Assembly (NCBI GenBank): GCA_951406725.2 | Contig: OX597830.1 | Span: 42,842,001 to 42,906,000, forward strand | Source: Octopus vulgaris | Lineage: Eukaryota | Direction of reading: 5' to 3' | Length of the DNA stretch: 64,000 bases | In this document: positions 12,313-25,281 of the stretch, in pieces | Layout of the letters: each line of letters starts with the position of its first letter | How positions within the stretch are numbered: the stretch's first letter is position 1 | Program-made: the position numbers and the translations under genes | The notes under the pieces: generated by a model | Databases searched by the model: none | The model's input: the letters and a program-made list of their open reading frames with translations, nothing else | Told to the model about the DNA's origin: nothing

Positions 12313-12501
12313 GCACACACATAAGAATGCTCCATATAGCATCATCATCATCATCATTTAACGTCTGTTGTCTATACTGGCACAGGTTGGATGGTTTGAC
12401 TAGGGCTGGAGAGCTGGAAGGCTACACTAGACACCAGTCTGATTTGGCATGGCTGCTACAGCTGGATGCCATTCCTAGCACCAACCACTCTCAGAGTGGC
12501 A

Positions 12502-12539
<38 letters not shown>

Positions 12540-12550
12540 GTATGTATATA

Positions 12551-12586
<36 letters not shown>

Positions 12587-12735
12587 TGTATGTATGTATG
12601 TATGTATGTATGTATGTATGTATGTATGTATGTATGTATGTATGCGTGTATGTATATATATATATGTATATGTATTATATGTATATGTGTATGTACATAT
12701 TTATACGTATATATGTATATATATATGTGTGTATG

Positions 12736-13515
12736 TCATCATCATCATCATCATCATCATTTAATGTCCGTTTTCCATGCTAGCATGGGTTGGATGGTTC
12801 GATTGGTGTTTTGGAAGCCAGGAGGCTGCACCAGGCTCGAGTCTGATCTGGCAGTGTTTCTACAGCTGGATGCCCTTCCTAATGCCAACCACTCCGTGAG
12901 TTTAGTGGGTGCTTTTTACGTGCCACTGGTACAAGTATCACAACTACAATTTCCATTTGATATTTATTTTAATGTTGATGTACTTGACTCAATAGGTCTC
13001 CTCAAGCACAGCAGGTCACCCTACGATCCAAGGTAAGCACAGTAGGACATTCTGCTGCAATCCAAGGTACTTTGGATGGGCTGGGGCTATGCAAAACTGG
13101 TGCAGGAAATAGCCATGAACTCACATTATTTGTCGGGTCTTTGCAGTCACAGCATATCTCCAGAGATCTTGGTCTTTTGTCATTACCTCTGTGAGGCCCA
13201 ACGTTTGAAGGTCATGCTTGACCACCTCATCCCATGTCTTCCTGGGTCTACCTCTCCCCCGAATACCTTCAACTGTTTGGGAGTGGAACTTTTTCACACA
13301 TCTCTCCTCATCCATCCACAGTTCATGACCGTACTAGTGCAAACGTCTCTCTTGCACACCACATCTGAGGCTTCTTATGTCCAGCATTTCTCTCAGGGCA
13401 CTTACACTCTGTCATGTGTGCACACTGACATTACACATCCAGCGGATCATACTAGCTTCATTTCTTTCAAGCCTATGCATGTCCTCTGCAGTCACAGCCC
13501 ATGTTTCACTGCCTT
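12736..13515 (-). mobile_element. RTE LINE 3' portion (second subfamily)
   Basis: ORF 13121-13315 (MDEERCVKK..RGRPRKTWDEVVKHDL), 3' UTR and (CAT)n tail. Confidence 0.9.
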
Positions 13516-14203
13516 GAAGCAGGTACTGAGGTACTTTCAGTCCTGTGGGGTGCTTCCTGCCTGTGTCTCACCAGGTGTTATCACTGTGCACTGCAGCTGT
13601 GCTTCCTCTTTTCCACAAATGGACCTATCTCAGTGCATCTTGATCCCTTTCTCATTCTTACAGATCTTTCTGCAGTGACACTCTACTTCCAATACTTCCC
13701 CAACAACTGATATTTCAACAGGTGTTGCCACTGAAAACGGCAATGGATAAGTGACAAAGGACCGGAAGTGATAATTTACTGTACTTAATAAGCCATGTCA
13801 AACTAAATAAAATTGCTGTCATCGATACATACAGGCTTGTCCTTTAAAGGTGCTGATAAAATGCACTTGTGTCAGTGACACGTAAAAAGCACCCAACAAA
13901 CTCTGTAAAGTGGTTGGCATTAGGAAGGGCATCCAGCTGTAGAAACTATGTACAACAGACAACTGGAGTCTGGAAAGCTCCTGGGCTGGTCAGCCCTTGT
14001 CAAACCATCCAACCCATCCCGGCATGGAAAACAAACATTAAACAATAACAACGATGACGATAATAATGATGATGATGATGATAATGATGATGATGATAAA
14101 TTTATGTATTTTGACCTGATAGTGTAGACAATGTGCCTCTCTTGAATGACCTTCTCAACAGTCTGGTTATAATTCAGAAAAAAATGTATATTCAAATATA
14201 TTA

Positions 14204-15383
14204 TTAGGTCATCAAGTATGAAATTTGTAGTAAGGTATATGGTAAACTTTGACAACTGCTCATTTTGCACCATTATTATATTTTGACAATTTTTACCTTT
14301 TGTTAAAAAGCTGACACATCTATTTCTTTATTCTAACTCATTTTGCACTTTATAAAGTATTTATAAATCATTTTTTGTTCTTTTTGTTTACAGATGGATA
14401 AGTTGGAAATTCGTACAGTTTTGAAATATGAGTTCTTTCTTGGAAATACAGCATCACAGACAGCTTGGAATGTTAATGGAATATTTCATGCTAATGTTAT
14501 TATACAGCAGACAGTATCAAGTTGGTTTGCAAAATTTTTTTCTGGTAACTTTGACCTCACAAATGAGCAACGTTGGGTTAGATCCATCTTAAAGTGTCCG
14601 TGAATTATTGTTGTTTGGTGCTAGCAAGCAAACAATATTGACTTACCTAGTTCAAATCGGTAAAGTAAAAAAGTTGGATAAGTGAGTTCCACATGAACTC
14701 AATGAAAATCAGAAATGGCAACGTTTGGAAGCCTGCATTATTCTACTTTCTTATCGCAAAAATGAATCAATTTTGAATCAAATTGTAACATGTGATGAGC
14801 CACCAAAACTCAGTCCAAAAAGCAAAATTCATCAAAAGAAGCTGATGGCATGTGTTTGGTGGTCTGGTGCTGGTGTGATCCATTATGATTTCATTAAACC
14901 TGGCTCATCAATCACGTCCGAAATATACTGCAGCCAACTGGACCAAATGATGCAAAAACTTACAAAAAACAGCCAAGATTAGTCAAAAGATCCACTCCTA
15001 TTTTATTGCAAGACAATGCCAGACCACACATCGCAAAAATGACATTGACGAAACTACAGGAGTTGGAGTTGGAAGTTCTCCATCATCCACCATACTTACC
15101 ATATCTTGCCCCCACTGACTACCACTTCTTCCAGAATTTGGATAACTTTTTGATAGGGAAAAAGTTTAATTCTGATGATGTTGTAAAGCAGGTCTTCCAA
15201 GATTTTATTGACTCTAGATTGCCAGGATTTTACAGTTCCGGGCTGGACAAGCTACCACTGAAATGGCAAAAGTATATTGACAATATGGGTGCATACTTTG
15301 ATGAATAAATCTATTCCTTGCATTTATGAAACATTAGCAAACTGTTTCTTTCTTTCCTACAAATTTCATACTTGACGACCTAA
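14204..15383 (+). mobile_element. Mariner (DD34D) element with both TIRs, disrupted transposase
   Basis: TIRs TTAGGTCATCAAGTATGAAATTTGTAG / CTACAAATTTCATACTTGACGACCTAA with TA flanks; fragments 14394-15308 with *VPHEL, IVTCDE, QDNARPH, HPPYLPYLAPTDYHFF. Confidence 0.92.
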
Positions 15384-16598
15384 TATCATAATTAAAAGAC
15401 AGCAAAGATGTGAATTCTGGTGGAAAATTAAATGAAAATAAAAGAAAAAGGATTATTCTCTTGTGCAATTCAATTATAATAAAGACTTTTGTATGTACAC
15501 GTCGTTTTGCCTTTACGACTGTCGCAAAGAACATATTTAAAAGCATTAAAATATTAAAAAAAACCCCTCCTAAATGTGAAAACATGTTCAAAACAGATAT
15601 CAGCTAACAACTTTTTAAAAACATGATTTATTTTGTATCATTTTTCGAGTAAATTCGTATTCTTGAGATCGATTTAGCAACGTAAGCTGAGGTATGTTCT
15701 GCTTGCACAACGTTCAAAATTCCAAAAAAGATGTTTTGAAAGAAGTGTAGTGTAAGGGAAATAACTCTTTCATACCTTAACAAATATGCATAGTGTAAGG
15801 GAAGTAACTCCTCTGTGCTAACATTGGAGGGAAAAGTTAGATAAACAACGTAAGCGAGAAGAAAGAAAATATGCCTGTAATGCATAATTAAGCATTATAT
15901 ATTGACTAAAGTTATCTTTTATTGTAAAATAGCTGTTAGGGTTTACGAAAGATTTTTGCTAATGAGTAAAATAAGTGTGAAATCTTTACATCTTTCCACA
16001 TATCAAGTCTTAATCTAGTTAATCTCATACAGCTTTCTACTGCTGCTGCACTTTAACCTAATAAACTGACGTTCTTTTTCTCTTTTACGTTAATTCCATT
16101 TAACGCTTTCTCTATTTACAGCCCATAATTTTCATGTCAGAGTTATTTCCCTTACTCCATTCTTTCCTTCAACAAGAACTTTCTTCCCTTCAACTCTGAC
16201 GTCTGCTCGACTTTATTCCCTCATAACCTTTCGAAATAAATGATTTTTGTAAAGGAAATTTTCAAAGTATTTTTCAGATAGTATAGGCTTCTTATCAAAT
16301 CTGACTTTATTGTGAAAAGTCTTTCTCGGAGCGAAACAGAGAGGCGATTCCTGCAATTCATACGAGTCAACTTATTTCTTCATAACTTTCAGAAGAGATA
16401 CTTTTTTGACTGAAATTTTCTAGAAATACGTTTCAGATAGCGTTGTTTAAGACTGATAGACGCACACATCTACATACTGTCAGAGAGTATATAATTTTTT
16501 TTATTATCAATCAGCACAGTATATTTCAAATGAAATTCTTAATGCTTCTTTTAAGTGCTTATATAATTTATGAATATTCTTCATATATTGAGAATTAG

Positions 16599-16683
16599 CA
16601 AGGTTAAAGAACATGTCTATGGAATTAATCAATTTGAAACGTGCTTTGAAAACAAATCATGGCTGTTCTTACGAAATCTGTTG
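16599..16683 (+). CDS. Candidate upstream exon of the SNX10/11-like gene
   Basis: TAG acceptor at 16596-16598; frame KVKEHVYGINQFETCFENKSWLFLRNLL ends in phase 0 at TTG|GTAATT, compatible with the exon at 25192. Confidence 0.45.
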
Positions 16684-17070
16684 GTAATTGAGGAATTAAG
16701 CTTGCATAATAGTCTTCATCTAACCTTCTTGGTGTGTCTGAGAATCAGGTAAATGGGGTGAATGTGGCAGAGATATTAGAGAACCATATAGAATGCTGTG
16801 TAACATTCATTCCGTTTCTTTTTAGCTCTGAGTTCAAATCTTGCTGAGGTAAAGTTTATCTTTTATCCCTCAGGGTTATTAGATACAGTACCAGTCCAGA
16901 GCAGTGGTTTAGGGAAATTGTTAGAACGTATTAGAATGGCAGACATGACGCTTTATGTTATCTATTCTGGCTACATTTACTCTGAGTCAAAATCTTCTCC
17001 CATTTCTAGACAAAAATATATCAATAGAATAGAGAAAGTTCAGAGAGCTTTTACTTCTGTTGGCAACCAA

Positions 17071-17131
<61 letters not shown>

Positions 17132-17149
17132 CCTCCCCCCTCTCTCTTT

Positions 17150-17530
17150 CTCCAAGTGAAAGGAAGATTGTATGATGCATGTGTACGAACTGCATGGTAG
17201 TAAGATGTGGGCCCTGAACGTAGAGGACATGCAAAAGCTAGAGAGGAATGAAGCTAGTATGCTCTGCTGGATGTGCAATGAAGGTGTACACTTGTGACAA
17301 AGTGCTAGTGTATTGAGAAAAAGTTAGGCATCAGAGGAATTAGATGTAGTGAGCGAGAGAGAAGCCTGGGCTAGTTTGGTCATGTGATGCATATGGACGA
17401 GGATGGTTGCATAGCATAATGCAGTGAATGAAAGCTGTGGAAGGAGACCCAGGAGGACCTGAAGCAGAGTATTAAAGGCTGATCTCAAGTGAAATGGCAA
17501 AAGAATGAGATATCTGGCACCTTGAAGACC
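17150..17530 (+). mobile_element. Old RTE fragment
   Basis: GRLYDACVR..HGSKMWAL..LERNEASMLCWMCN homologous to the RTE C-terminus. Confidence 0.75.
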
Positions 17531-17611
17531 CATCCACCACAGCAGAATTGATATCCAAAAACCATTTTGGTTCTGCTTGTCCATGAGGAGCTCTGCCACA
17601 CTTGTGAATGT

Positions 17612-17992
17612 TTGAGAGCACTGCTGCATGAGAGTACTGCTACATGGAGAGTACTGCTGCATGGAAAGTACTGCTGCATGGAGAGTACTGATGCATGAGA
17701 GTACTGCTGCATGGGAGTACTGTTGCATGGAGAGCACTGCTGCATGGAGAGTACTGCTGCATGGAGCAGTACTGCTGCATGGAGAGTACTGCTGCATGGA
17801 GAGTACTGTTGCATGGAGAGCACTGCTGCATGGAGAGTACTGCTGCATGGAGAGTACTGCTGCATGGAGAGTACTACTGCATGGAGCAGTACTGCTGCAT
17901 GGAGAGTACTGTTGCATGAGAGTACTGCTGCATGAGAGTACTGCTGCATGGAGAGTACTGCTGCATAGAGAGTACTGCTGCATGGAGAGTAC
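17612..17992. repeat. 17-19 bp minisatellite (GAGAGTACTGCTGCATG)n
   Basis: About 20 visible tandem units. Confidence 0.9.
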
Positions 17993-18267
17993 TCTTGAAC
18001 CTACCCATCTGAAGACATGCTGGAACATAGCTACTGGATCATATTAATATGTATAATATGTGAAACACTCAGCACTTAGCAGCTGATACTAATGCACAGA
18101 AACAATTGTAGTCATTTAGATTAAAACTGGTTCATTCCATTTTCTTGTATTGTAATTTTATATAGTACACACACACACACACACACATACACACACACAA
18201 CACACATGCACACACACACACATACATACATACATATACACACACATACATACATACATACATACAT

Positions 18268-18466
18268 AACGGGAAAGTTTACGAAAATAAACAAAAGGCG
18301 AAGGCAGGTGGAGTACAAACAAACAAATGTATTAGTATAGCGCTCAGGAATAGAAATAGAAAAAGTCTTTTACGTTTCGAGCCTACGCTCTTCGACAGAA
18401 AGATACACAGAAAAAAACAAGGAGAGAAAAAAATGCATGTAGGAGCTAACGATCGATCATGGCGTC
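18268..18466 (-). mobile_element. Short microsatellite-inserted element with hammerhead-like motif
   Basis: Minus strand TCTTT CTGTCGAA GAGC GTAG GCTC GAAACGTA AAAGA at 18366-18403; paralogue at 1888-2075. Confidence 0.55.
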
Positions 18467-18495
18467 CTGACATACATGCATACATATATATATAT

Positions 18496-20188
18496 GAGGG
18501 TCATAGTCCATCTCATTAGGGATAGAGTATGCTTAGATGAGATGCAGTTCGATTTTGTTCTGGGTTGAAGCATCACTGATGCCATATTCCTGGTTTGACA
18601 ACTGCAGGATAAATACCTAGCTAAAGATAAACCCCTCTACTTAGCTTTCATGGACTTAGAAAAAGCCTTTAACAAGGTCCCTCTATCCCTTATCTGGTGG
18701 GTGATACGGAAACTGGAGATTGACGAATGGTTAATAAGGGCTGTACAGGCCCTATACAGAGAGGCCATTAGTAAGGTTAGGATTGGCAACGAGTACAGTG
18801 AAGAATTCCGGGTAGAAGGAGACATACACCAAGGTTCAGCCCTCAGTCCCCTTTTATTCATCATAGTCCTCCAGGCAATAACAGAGGAATTCAAGACGGG
18901 TTGCCTCTGGGTGCTCCTCTATGCTGATGACCTGGTCCTCATAGCAGAATCACTACCGGAACTAGAAAAGAAATTTCGGGTGTGGAAGCTAGGTTTAGAA
19001 TCAAAAGGCCCTAGAGTCAATGTAACAAAAGCCAAAGTTCTAGTAAGTAGGAAGGCGAACTCATCACATACCCCCTTATGTAAGTTATGGACACATAAGA
19101 GGTACACCAACATCAAAGGAAAATTAACTGAGAAGATAGCTTTTGTGTGTGGCAGATGCACAGGGGCAATAGACACCATAGAAACTAGTAGTTGATAGCT
19201 TCCGCTACCTAGGTAACCAAGTTAGGAGTGGGCTCGGATGCTCAGAGAGTGTTACCACTAGAATAAGAGTAGCCTGGACAAAGTTTGGAAAGCTTCTTCC
19301 CCTACTGGCAACAAAGGGTCTCTCACTCAGAGTGAAAGGTAGATTGTACAACGCATGTGTGTGAACAGCCATGCTTCATGGCAGTGAAACACGGGCCATG
19401 ACTGTGGAGGACATGCGTAGGCTCGAAAGAAATGAAGCTAGCATGATCTGCTGGATGTGTAATGTTAGTGTGCACACATGACAGAGTGTTAGTGCTCTGA
19501 GAGAAATGTTGAACATAAGAAGCATCGGATGTGGCATGCAAGAGAGACGTCTGTATTGTTATTGTCATGTACTACAGATGGATGAGGAGAGCTGTGTGAA
19601 GAAGTGCCACTCCCAAACAGTTGAAGGAATCTGAGGTAGAGGTAGACATGGGATGAGGTGGTCAAGCATGACCTCTGAATGTTGGGCCTCACAGAGGCAA
19701 TGACGAAAGACCAAGATCTCTGAGATATGCTGTGACTGCGAAGACCTGACAAATGAAGTGAGTTCATGGCTTGCAGGATGGCCTACTGTGCTAGCCTTGG
19801 ATTGTAGGGTAACCTGCTGTGAATGAGGAGACCTATTGAGTCAAGTACATCAACATCAAAATAAAAATCAATGGAAATTGTAGTTGTGATACCTGTGCTG
19901 AAAGCATGTAAAAAGCACCATCCGAATGTGGCTGATGCCAGCACCGCCAAGACCGGCGTCTGTGCCGGTGACATGTAAAAAGCACCAACTGATCGTGCCC
20001 GTTGCCAGCCTCCTCTCGCTCCTATGCTCGTGGCACGTAAAAAGTACCCACTACACTCACGGAGTGGTTGGCGTTAAGGGCATCCAGCTGTAGAAACACT
20101 GCCAGATCAGACTGAAGCCTGGTGCAGCCTCCTGGCTTCCCAGACCCTGGTCGAACCGTCCAGCCCATGCTAGCATGGAAAATGGACA
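18496..20188 (+). mobile_element. RTE LINE, 5'-truncated, frameshifted
   Basis: ORF 18650-19195 (DLEKAFNKVP, HQGSALSPLLF, YADD) plus RTE 3' UTR. Confidence 0.92.
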
Positions 20189-20829
20189 TTCCGTGGACCG
20201 TGCATCTGCTCTCTCCCCTACATCCACCCTACTGTCACCCGTTTCCCTCACCTACCCCCCCCTACCTCTCCAATGCACCATTCTCCGAGCCTTCCAGCGA
20301 CTCCAGTCTGACCCTTCCACTTCATACATCTTCCCTAACTGACTCCTCCCCTCCTTCAAATGAGCCCACAACCTATGAGACCTTTTGGTCACAGCTTCTT
20401 CCCTAACCCAACCTCCCAACCCGGCTTGTTCCCCTGCTCTCACACATGCTGCTACACTTGCCCTTACCTCTCCAATACCACCCTCCTAACAGGCACCTAT
20501 CATCGACCGCATCATATCACTGGTTCCTTCACCAGACATCAGGCTTGGCAATGACACCCCGGTCTTGTGCCATTTCTGCTCTACCAGTCATTCTTTACAA
20601 CACCTGTCTGTGTTCGGATTGTCCTCGCATAGGGGCCATCCAGACTCTCGTCTTCGCCATGAACAGACATTAATCTTCTCTCTTTGCTCCTTTGCACCAC
20701 ATGGGCTCAACTCTCCTCCCCTCTTCATCTAGGCCCCTTCCTTCCCTCCTCCTCCCCTCCTCCCCTCCTCCCTATCTCTCCTCTTCATCTAACCCTCCTC
20801 CTCTCTCCTCTCTTCCTCTCACACCTACT

Positions 20830-21051
20830 TTCGTTCAATACTGATGCAGAATTGAGAGCTTGGTTTGATGAATTTTTCGAGTCGAAATCGGATGATTTCT
20901 ACCAACGTGGTAAAAAATCTTGTTGAATGTTGGGAAGAAGTTGTGAACAACAAGGGTGAATACATTTTTGATTAATTAGTTGTTATTTTTTAAAAAGCCT
21001 TTTAAAAAATTTAAATTTTAAAAAATGGCGGGAACTTAGTTGCCAACCTAA
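20830..21051 (+). mobile_element. Mariner 3' remnant with right TIR
   Basis: FNTDAELRAWFDEFFESKSDDFYQRG..WEEVVNNKGEY; ends AACTTAGTTGCCAACCTAA-TA. Confidence 0.75.
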
Positions 21052-21106
21052 TACATCTGTTTTTTGTTTACACACCTGTCTTTGTCTTTGGTTTTTTGTA
21101 AATTCT

Positions 21107-21172
<66 letters not shown>

Positions 21173-21196
21173 TTTCACACATACACACACATGTAC

Positions 21197-21227
<31 letters not shown>

Positions 21228-21369
21228 TGTATGTGTGTATGTATGTATGTGTGTATTTATGTGTTTATGTGTGTAAGTATCTGTGTGTTTATGTACGTAT
21301 GTATGTTTGTATGTAATGTATGTATCTGTGTATGTAATGTATGTGTGTGTTTATGTCTGTATATATGTG

Positions 21370-21401
<32 letters not shown>

Positions 21402-21415
21402 TGTATGTATGTATG

Positions 21416-21446
<31 letters not shown>

Positions 21447-22087
21447 GGGTGTGTTTATGTGCATGTATGTGTGTACATATCTAAGTATTCATTTGTTTAT
21501 GATTGCTGAGTGTGTTTATTAGTCATATTATTGGTGATATTCATGTGAATATCAGGTTTATGACATTTTCTTTTGTTTTTATTTGGCGGGGTGGGGGTGG
21601 GGTGGGAGATGGCAAGGTGGGGAAATGTCCAGCTGTACATGGATACAATAATAACAACAATAGCTACTACTGCTACTACTACTACTAACGCATCTGTGGA
21701 GTTGAAGGTCAAGATTTGTTTGTCAGTGATGGCAGCTTTGTCACTTTATTGGCTGTCAAAGAAGAAAAAGGTTAAAGGTCGTGTTTGATGCATTTCAACC
21801 AAGTTTACTTTGGGTGATTACATCAGAACCCTGTCTCTGGATTCTGGGACAGAGTTTCCACACTTTGCTACACAGCTGATTGCTTGAAGAATCTATCTTG
21901 GGCATGTCTCTCTTGTGAGTCGCACCAAAACTAGACCCTGGGATTATAATATCTCCGTGCTAGCAACATCTCCATTTTGTCAGAGGTAAAGTACACCTTG
22001 TGCACAGGCTTATTATTTCATCATCATTATTATCATGAATGTTGTTGTTGTTGCTATTGTTGTTGCTATTGTTTTTGTTGTTGTTGT

Positions 22088-22137
<50 letters not shown>

Positions 22138-22261
22138 TTGATGCTGTCGATGTTATTGCTGATGCTGAAAATATTGATACCTTGGTTCATTTCTTTTTTC
22201 TTTGCATTTGTTATCTACAAATTATTCATGTATAACTCATATATAAAATACATGCATATAT

Positions 22262-22293
<32 letters not shown>

Positions 22294-23880
22294 TGTCGTC
22301 GTCGTCATTTAACGTCCGTGGCATGGGTTGGACAGTTTGACTGGGCTGGCATGCTGGAAGACTGCACCAGACTCCAGTCTGATTTGGCATGGTTTTCTAC
22401 AGCTGGATGCCTTTCTTAACCCTAATCACTCCGAGAGTGTAATGCTTTTACATGCCACCAGCATGGGTGACATTTACGTGACACTGGGGTGGGGTGCTTT
22501 TATGTGTCACTGGCACAGGTATCTGCCTTGATGGTGATTTTGCTTGGCTTGATGGGTCTTCTTCTCAAGCACGACATAATGCCAATGGTTTCAGTCATTG
22601 CCTTTGTGAGGCCCAGCGCTCAAAAGGAACTCAGCCACTTAGCCTCCATGAGGCCTAATGCTCAAAAGGAACTCAGCCATTTAATCTTCGTGAGGCCTAA
22701 TGCTGAAAGGGAACTCAGCCACTTAACCTCCATGAGGCCCAACACTCAAAAGGAGCTCAGTCACTTTGTCTCCATGAGACCCAACGCTTAAAAGGTGTTC
22801 TTTACTAGCATGAGTGCACTTGGCTTCATGGGTCCTCTCAAGCACAGCACATCACCAAAGGTCTCAGTCACTAGTCATTGCCTCTGTGAGGCTCAAAGTT
22901 TGAAGATCATGCTTCACCACTTCATCCCATGTCTTCTTGGGTCTACCTCTACCACAGGTTCCCTCCACAGTTAGAGATCAGCACTTCTTTACACAGCTGT
23001 CCTCGTCCATACACATCACATGACCATACAAGCAACAGTCGTCTCTTTTGCATACCACATCTGATTCCTCTTATGCCTAATTTTTCTCTCAAGATGCTTA
23101 CACTCAGTCATACATGCACACTGATATTTCACATCCAGTGAAGCATACCAGCTTCATTTCTTTGAAGCCTATACATGTTTTCAGCTGTCACAGTCCATGT
23201 TTCACTGCCATGTAGCATAGGTATTTGCACACAGGTTTCATACAATCTGCCTTTCACTCTGAAAGAGAGGCCCTTTGTTGCCAGTAGGAGTAGGAGCTCA
23301 TTGAACTTTACCCAACCCAATTTGATTTTCACAGCTATGCTCTTGGAGCATCCACCTCCACTACTAAGTTGGTCACCTATGATAATGGAAGCTATCTACT
23401 ACCTCTAGCTTGATCCCCTGGCAGTTGATGGAGTCTATTTTCTGTGAATTTTCAGCATTTATTGTACCTGTGCATCTTCCCCACACAAAAGTTAGTTTCT
23501 CTGTTAACCTTCCTCTGATGTTACTGCACTTTTTATATGTCCAAAGCTTACACTGGGTGCATTGTATGGAGTTTCTACCAACACCTTTTCTACAAATCGA
23601 GCAGGGCCATCTACCTGAAGGGATTTGTGATTTGTCAGCCTTCCAACTCACTAAGACTTTGGTTTTTGCTTGGTTTTTGCTCTAAGGCCCTTTGATTATA
23701 GACCTTGTGTCCATACCTAGAACATCTCTAGTTCAGGTAGTGATTCAGATATAAGAACAAAGTCATTTGCATAGAGGAGCTCCCAGGGGCAGCTTGTCTT
23801 GAATTCCTCTGTTATTGCCTGGAGGTCTATGATGAACAAGAAGGGGGTTGAGTTCAGATCCTTGGTGATCCCCTACTTCA
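22262..23880 (-). mobile_element. RTE LINE, degraded, with about 39-bp tandem duplications at 22605-22790
   Basis: ORFs 23129-23332 and 23373-23651 match the RTE RT and PHD-like region; (CAT)n tail. Confidence 0.9.
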
Positions 23881-24779
23881 AGCATGATCGTTGTCAGTAC
23901 CGCCTGACAAGAGTACTTTCTTTGACTTGAAGAAAGTTGACTGGAATTTTAGTGAGTTAAAGCAATGAAATCAGTTGGAATTCTATATTCCCAGGGATGC
24001 CAATACCATCTTTCAGCGCATCCACAAATGCAATCTAAACGTGAAGCATCACTACCACATAAATCCATTAGAAAACCTCAAAAGTGCAATTTGGCAGGGG
24101 GGGGTGCTGAAGTAGCATGCCTTATCAGAGGAAGGAATGACAAGATGCTGAACATGGATACAAATTACATGGAAGAGAAGATAAGAGAAAATGGTGCAAA
24201 AGACTATCAAAGTAGTTCATGCAGGTGACAGAAAAGAGGCAGTTCTTAAATTTGAATAACACATAGGAACCAACCCAGATGGTAAAATGCTCTAGAAATA
24301 TGTGCATTTGAGTTAGAGGCCTGATTCTCTAATCAACCCTCTTTGCAATGCTCCACACGAGCCAGATTATTGTTAATCCTCCACATAAGCCAGATTACTG
24401 ATAATCCCAAAGTGTATGCAAAACTTATTGTTCAATGTTTTGTTGATATTTTTTGGGTTGAAAATCTAAATGTATATCTTCACTGCTACTGGCTTCCAAT
24501 TCCATAACATCTGTGGAATTTACTCCTGCAATGCTGTGGTACCACCACAAGAATATGAGTAAATGGACTGCTTCTGGTCCTGATGATGATCGTGATCATT
24601 TAACGTCCACTTTCCATGCTGGCATGGGTTAGACGGTTTGACTGGAACTGGTAAGCTGAAGAGTTGCACCAGGCTCCAGTCTGTGTTTTGGTTTGGTTTC
24701 TATGGCTGGATGCCCTTCCTAACACCAACCACTCCAAGAGTGTAATGGGTGCTCTTTCTAAAATACAGAAGGCTCTTTC

Positions 24780-25020
24780 TGCTAAACCACTTTTTCATAG
24801 TTCCCCAATTATTTCTTGATAATTGTATTACCTCAGAGCAGTGGTAAATTGCCAGTATTATTCCTCTGTTCAAGATGGGTGACCCTGCATCACCTGTCGA
24901 TCACTGTCCAGTCTGTCTCATTAACTATATCAACAAATTGATGGGGTCCTGTGTCATAGAGATACTCTGGAACTTCTGGCGCTTCCATAACCTTAACTGA
25001 CTTGCACAGTTTGGAGTCAT
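24780..25020 (+). mobile_element. CR1/L2-group LINE RT fragment
   Basis: W*IASIIPLFKMGDPASPVDHCPVCLINYINKLM resembles the WK.A.IIP.FKKG...NYRPISL region. Confidence 0.6.
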
Positions 25021-25191
25021 CCTCCTCCACCTACACTCCCCTCCCCACCACTAGCATGTGTGTATGTGTGTGCGTGCAAACACACATGTATGTATGTATG
25101 TATGTATGAGCAACTGGTGTTTAGCTACCAAAAACCCTCCCTCCCCCCTCCCTAGCTACTCATCCTCTAATTGCCTATTTTCTTATTACAG

Positions 25192-25281
25192 CCAAAAATA
25201 ATGGAAATCAGTGTTCAGAATCCCAGAACCATCTTTGAAAATGGTAGAGCTAAATATGTGGCCTACCAATTATCCCTAAAG
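25192..25281 (+). CDS. SNX10-like: Sorting nexin-10/11-like, PX exon 1
   Basis: CTAAT branch candidate, TTTTCTTATTACAG acceptor, AAG|GTAAGA donor; 90 nt, PKIMEISVQNPRTIFENGRAKYVAYQLSLK (PX beta1-beta2); ATG in good context at 25201. Confidence 0.85.

Noticed and set aside
15006-15308. SETMAR-like domesticated gene
   Set aside because: Lies between intact TIRs, has stops and deletions, and no SET domain
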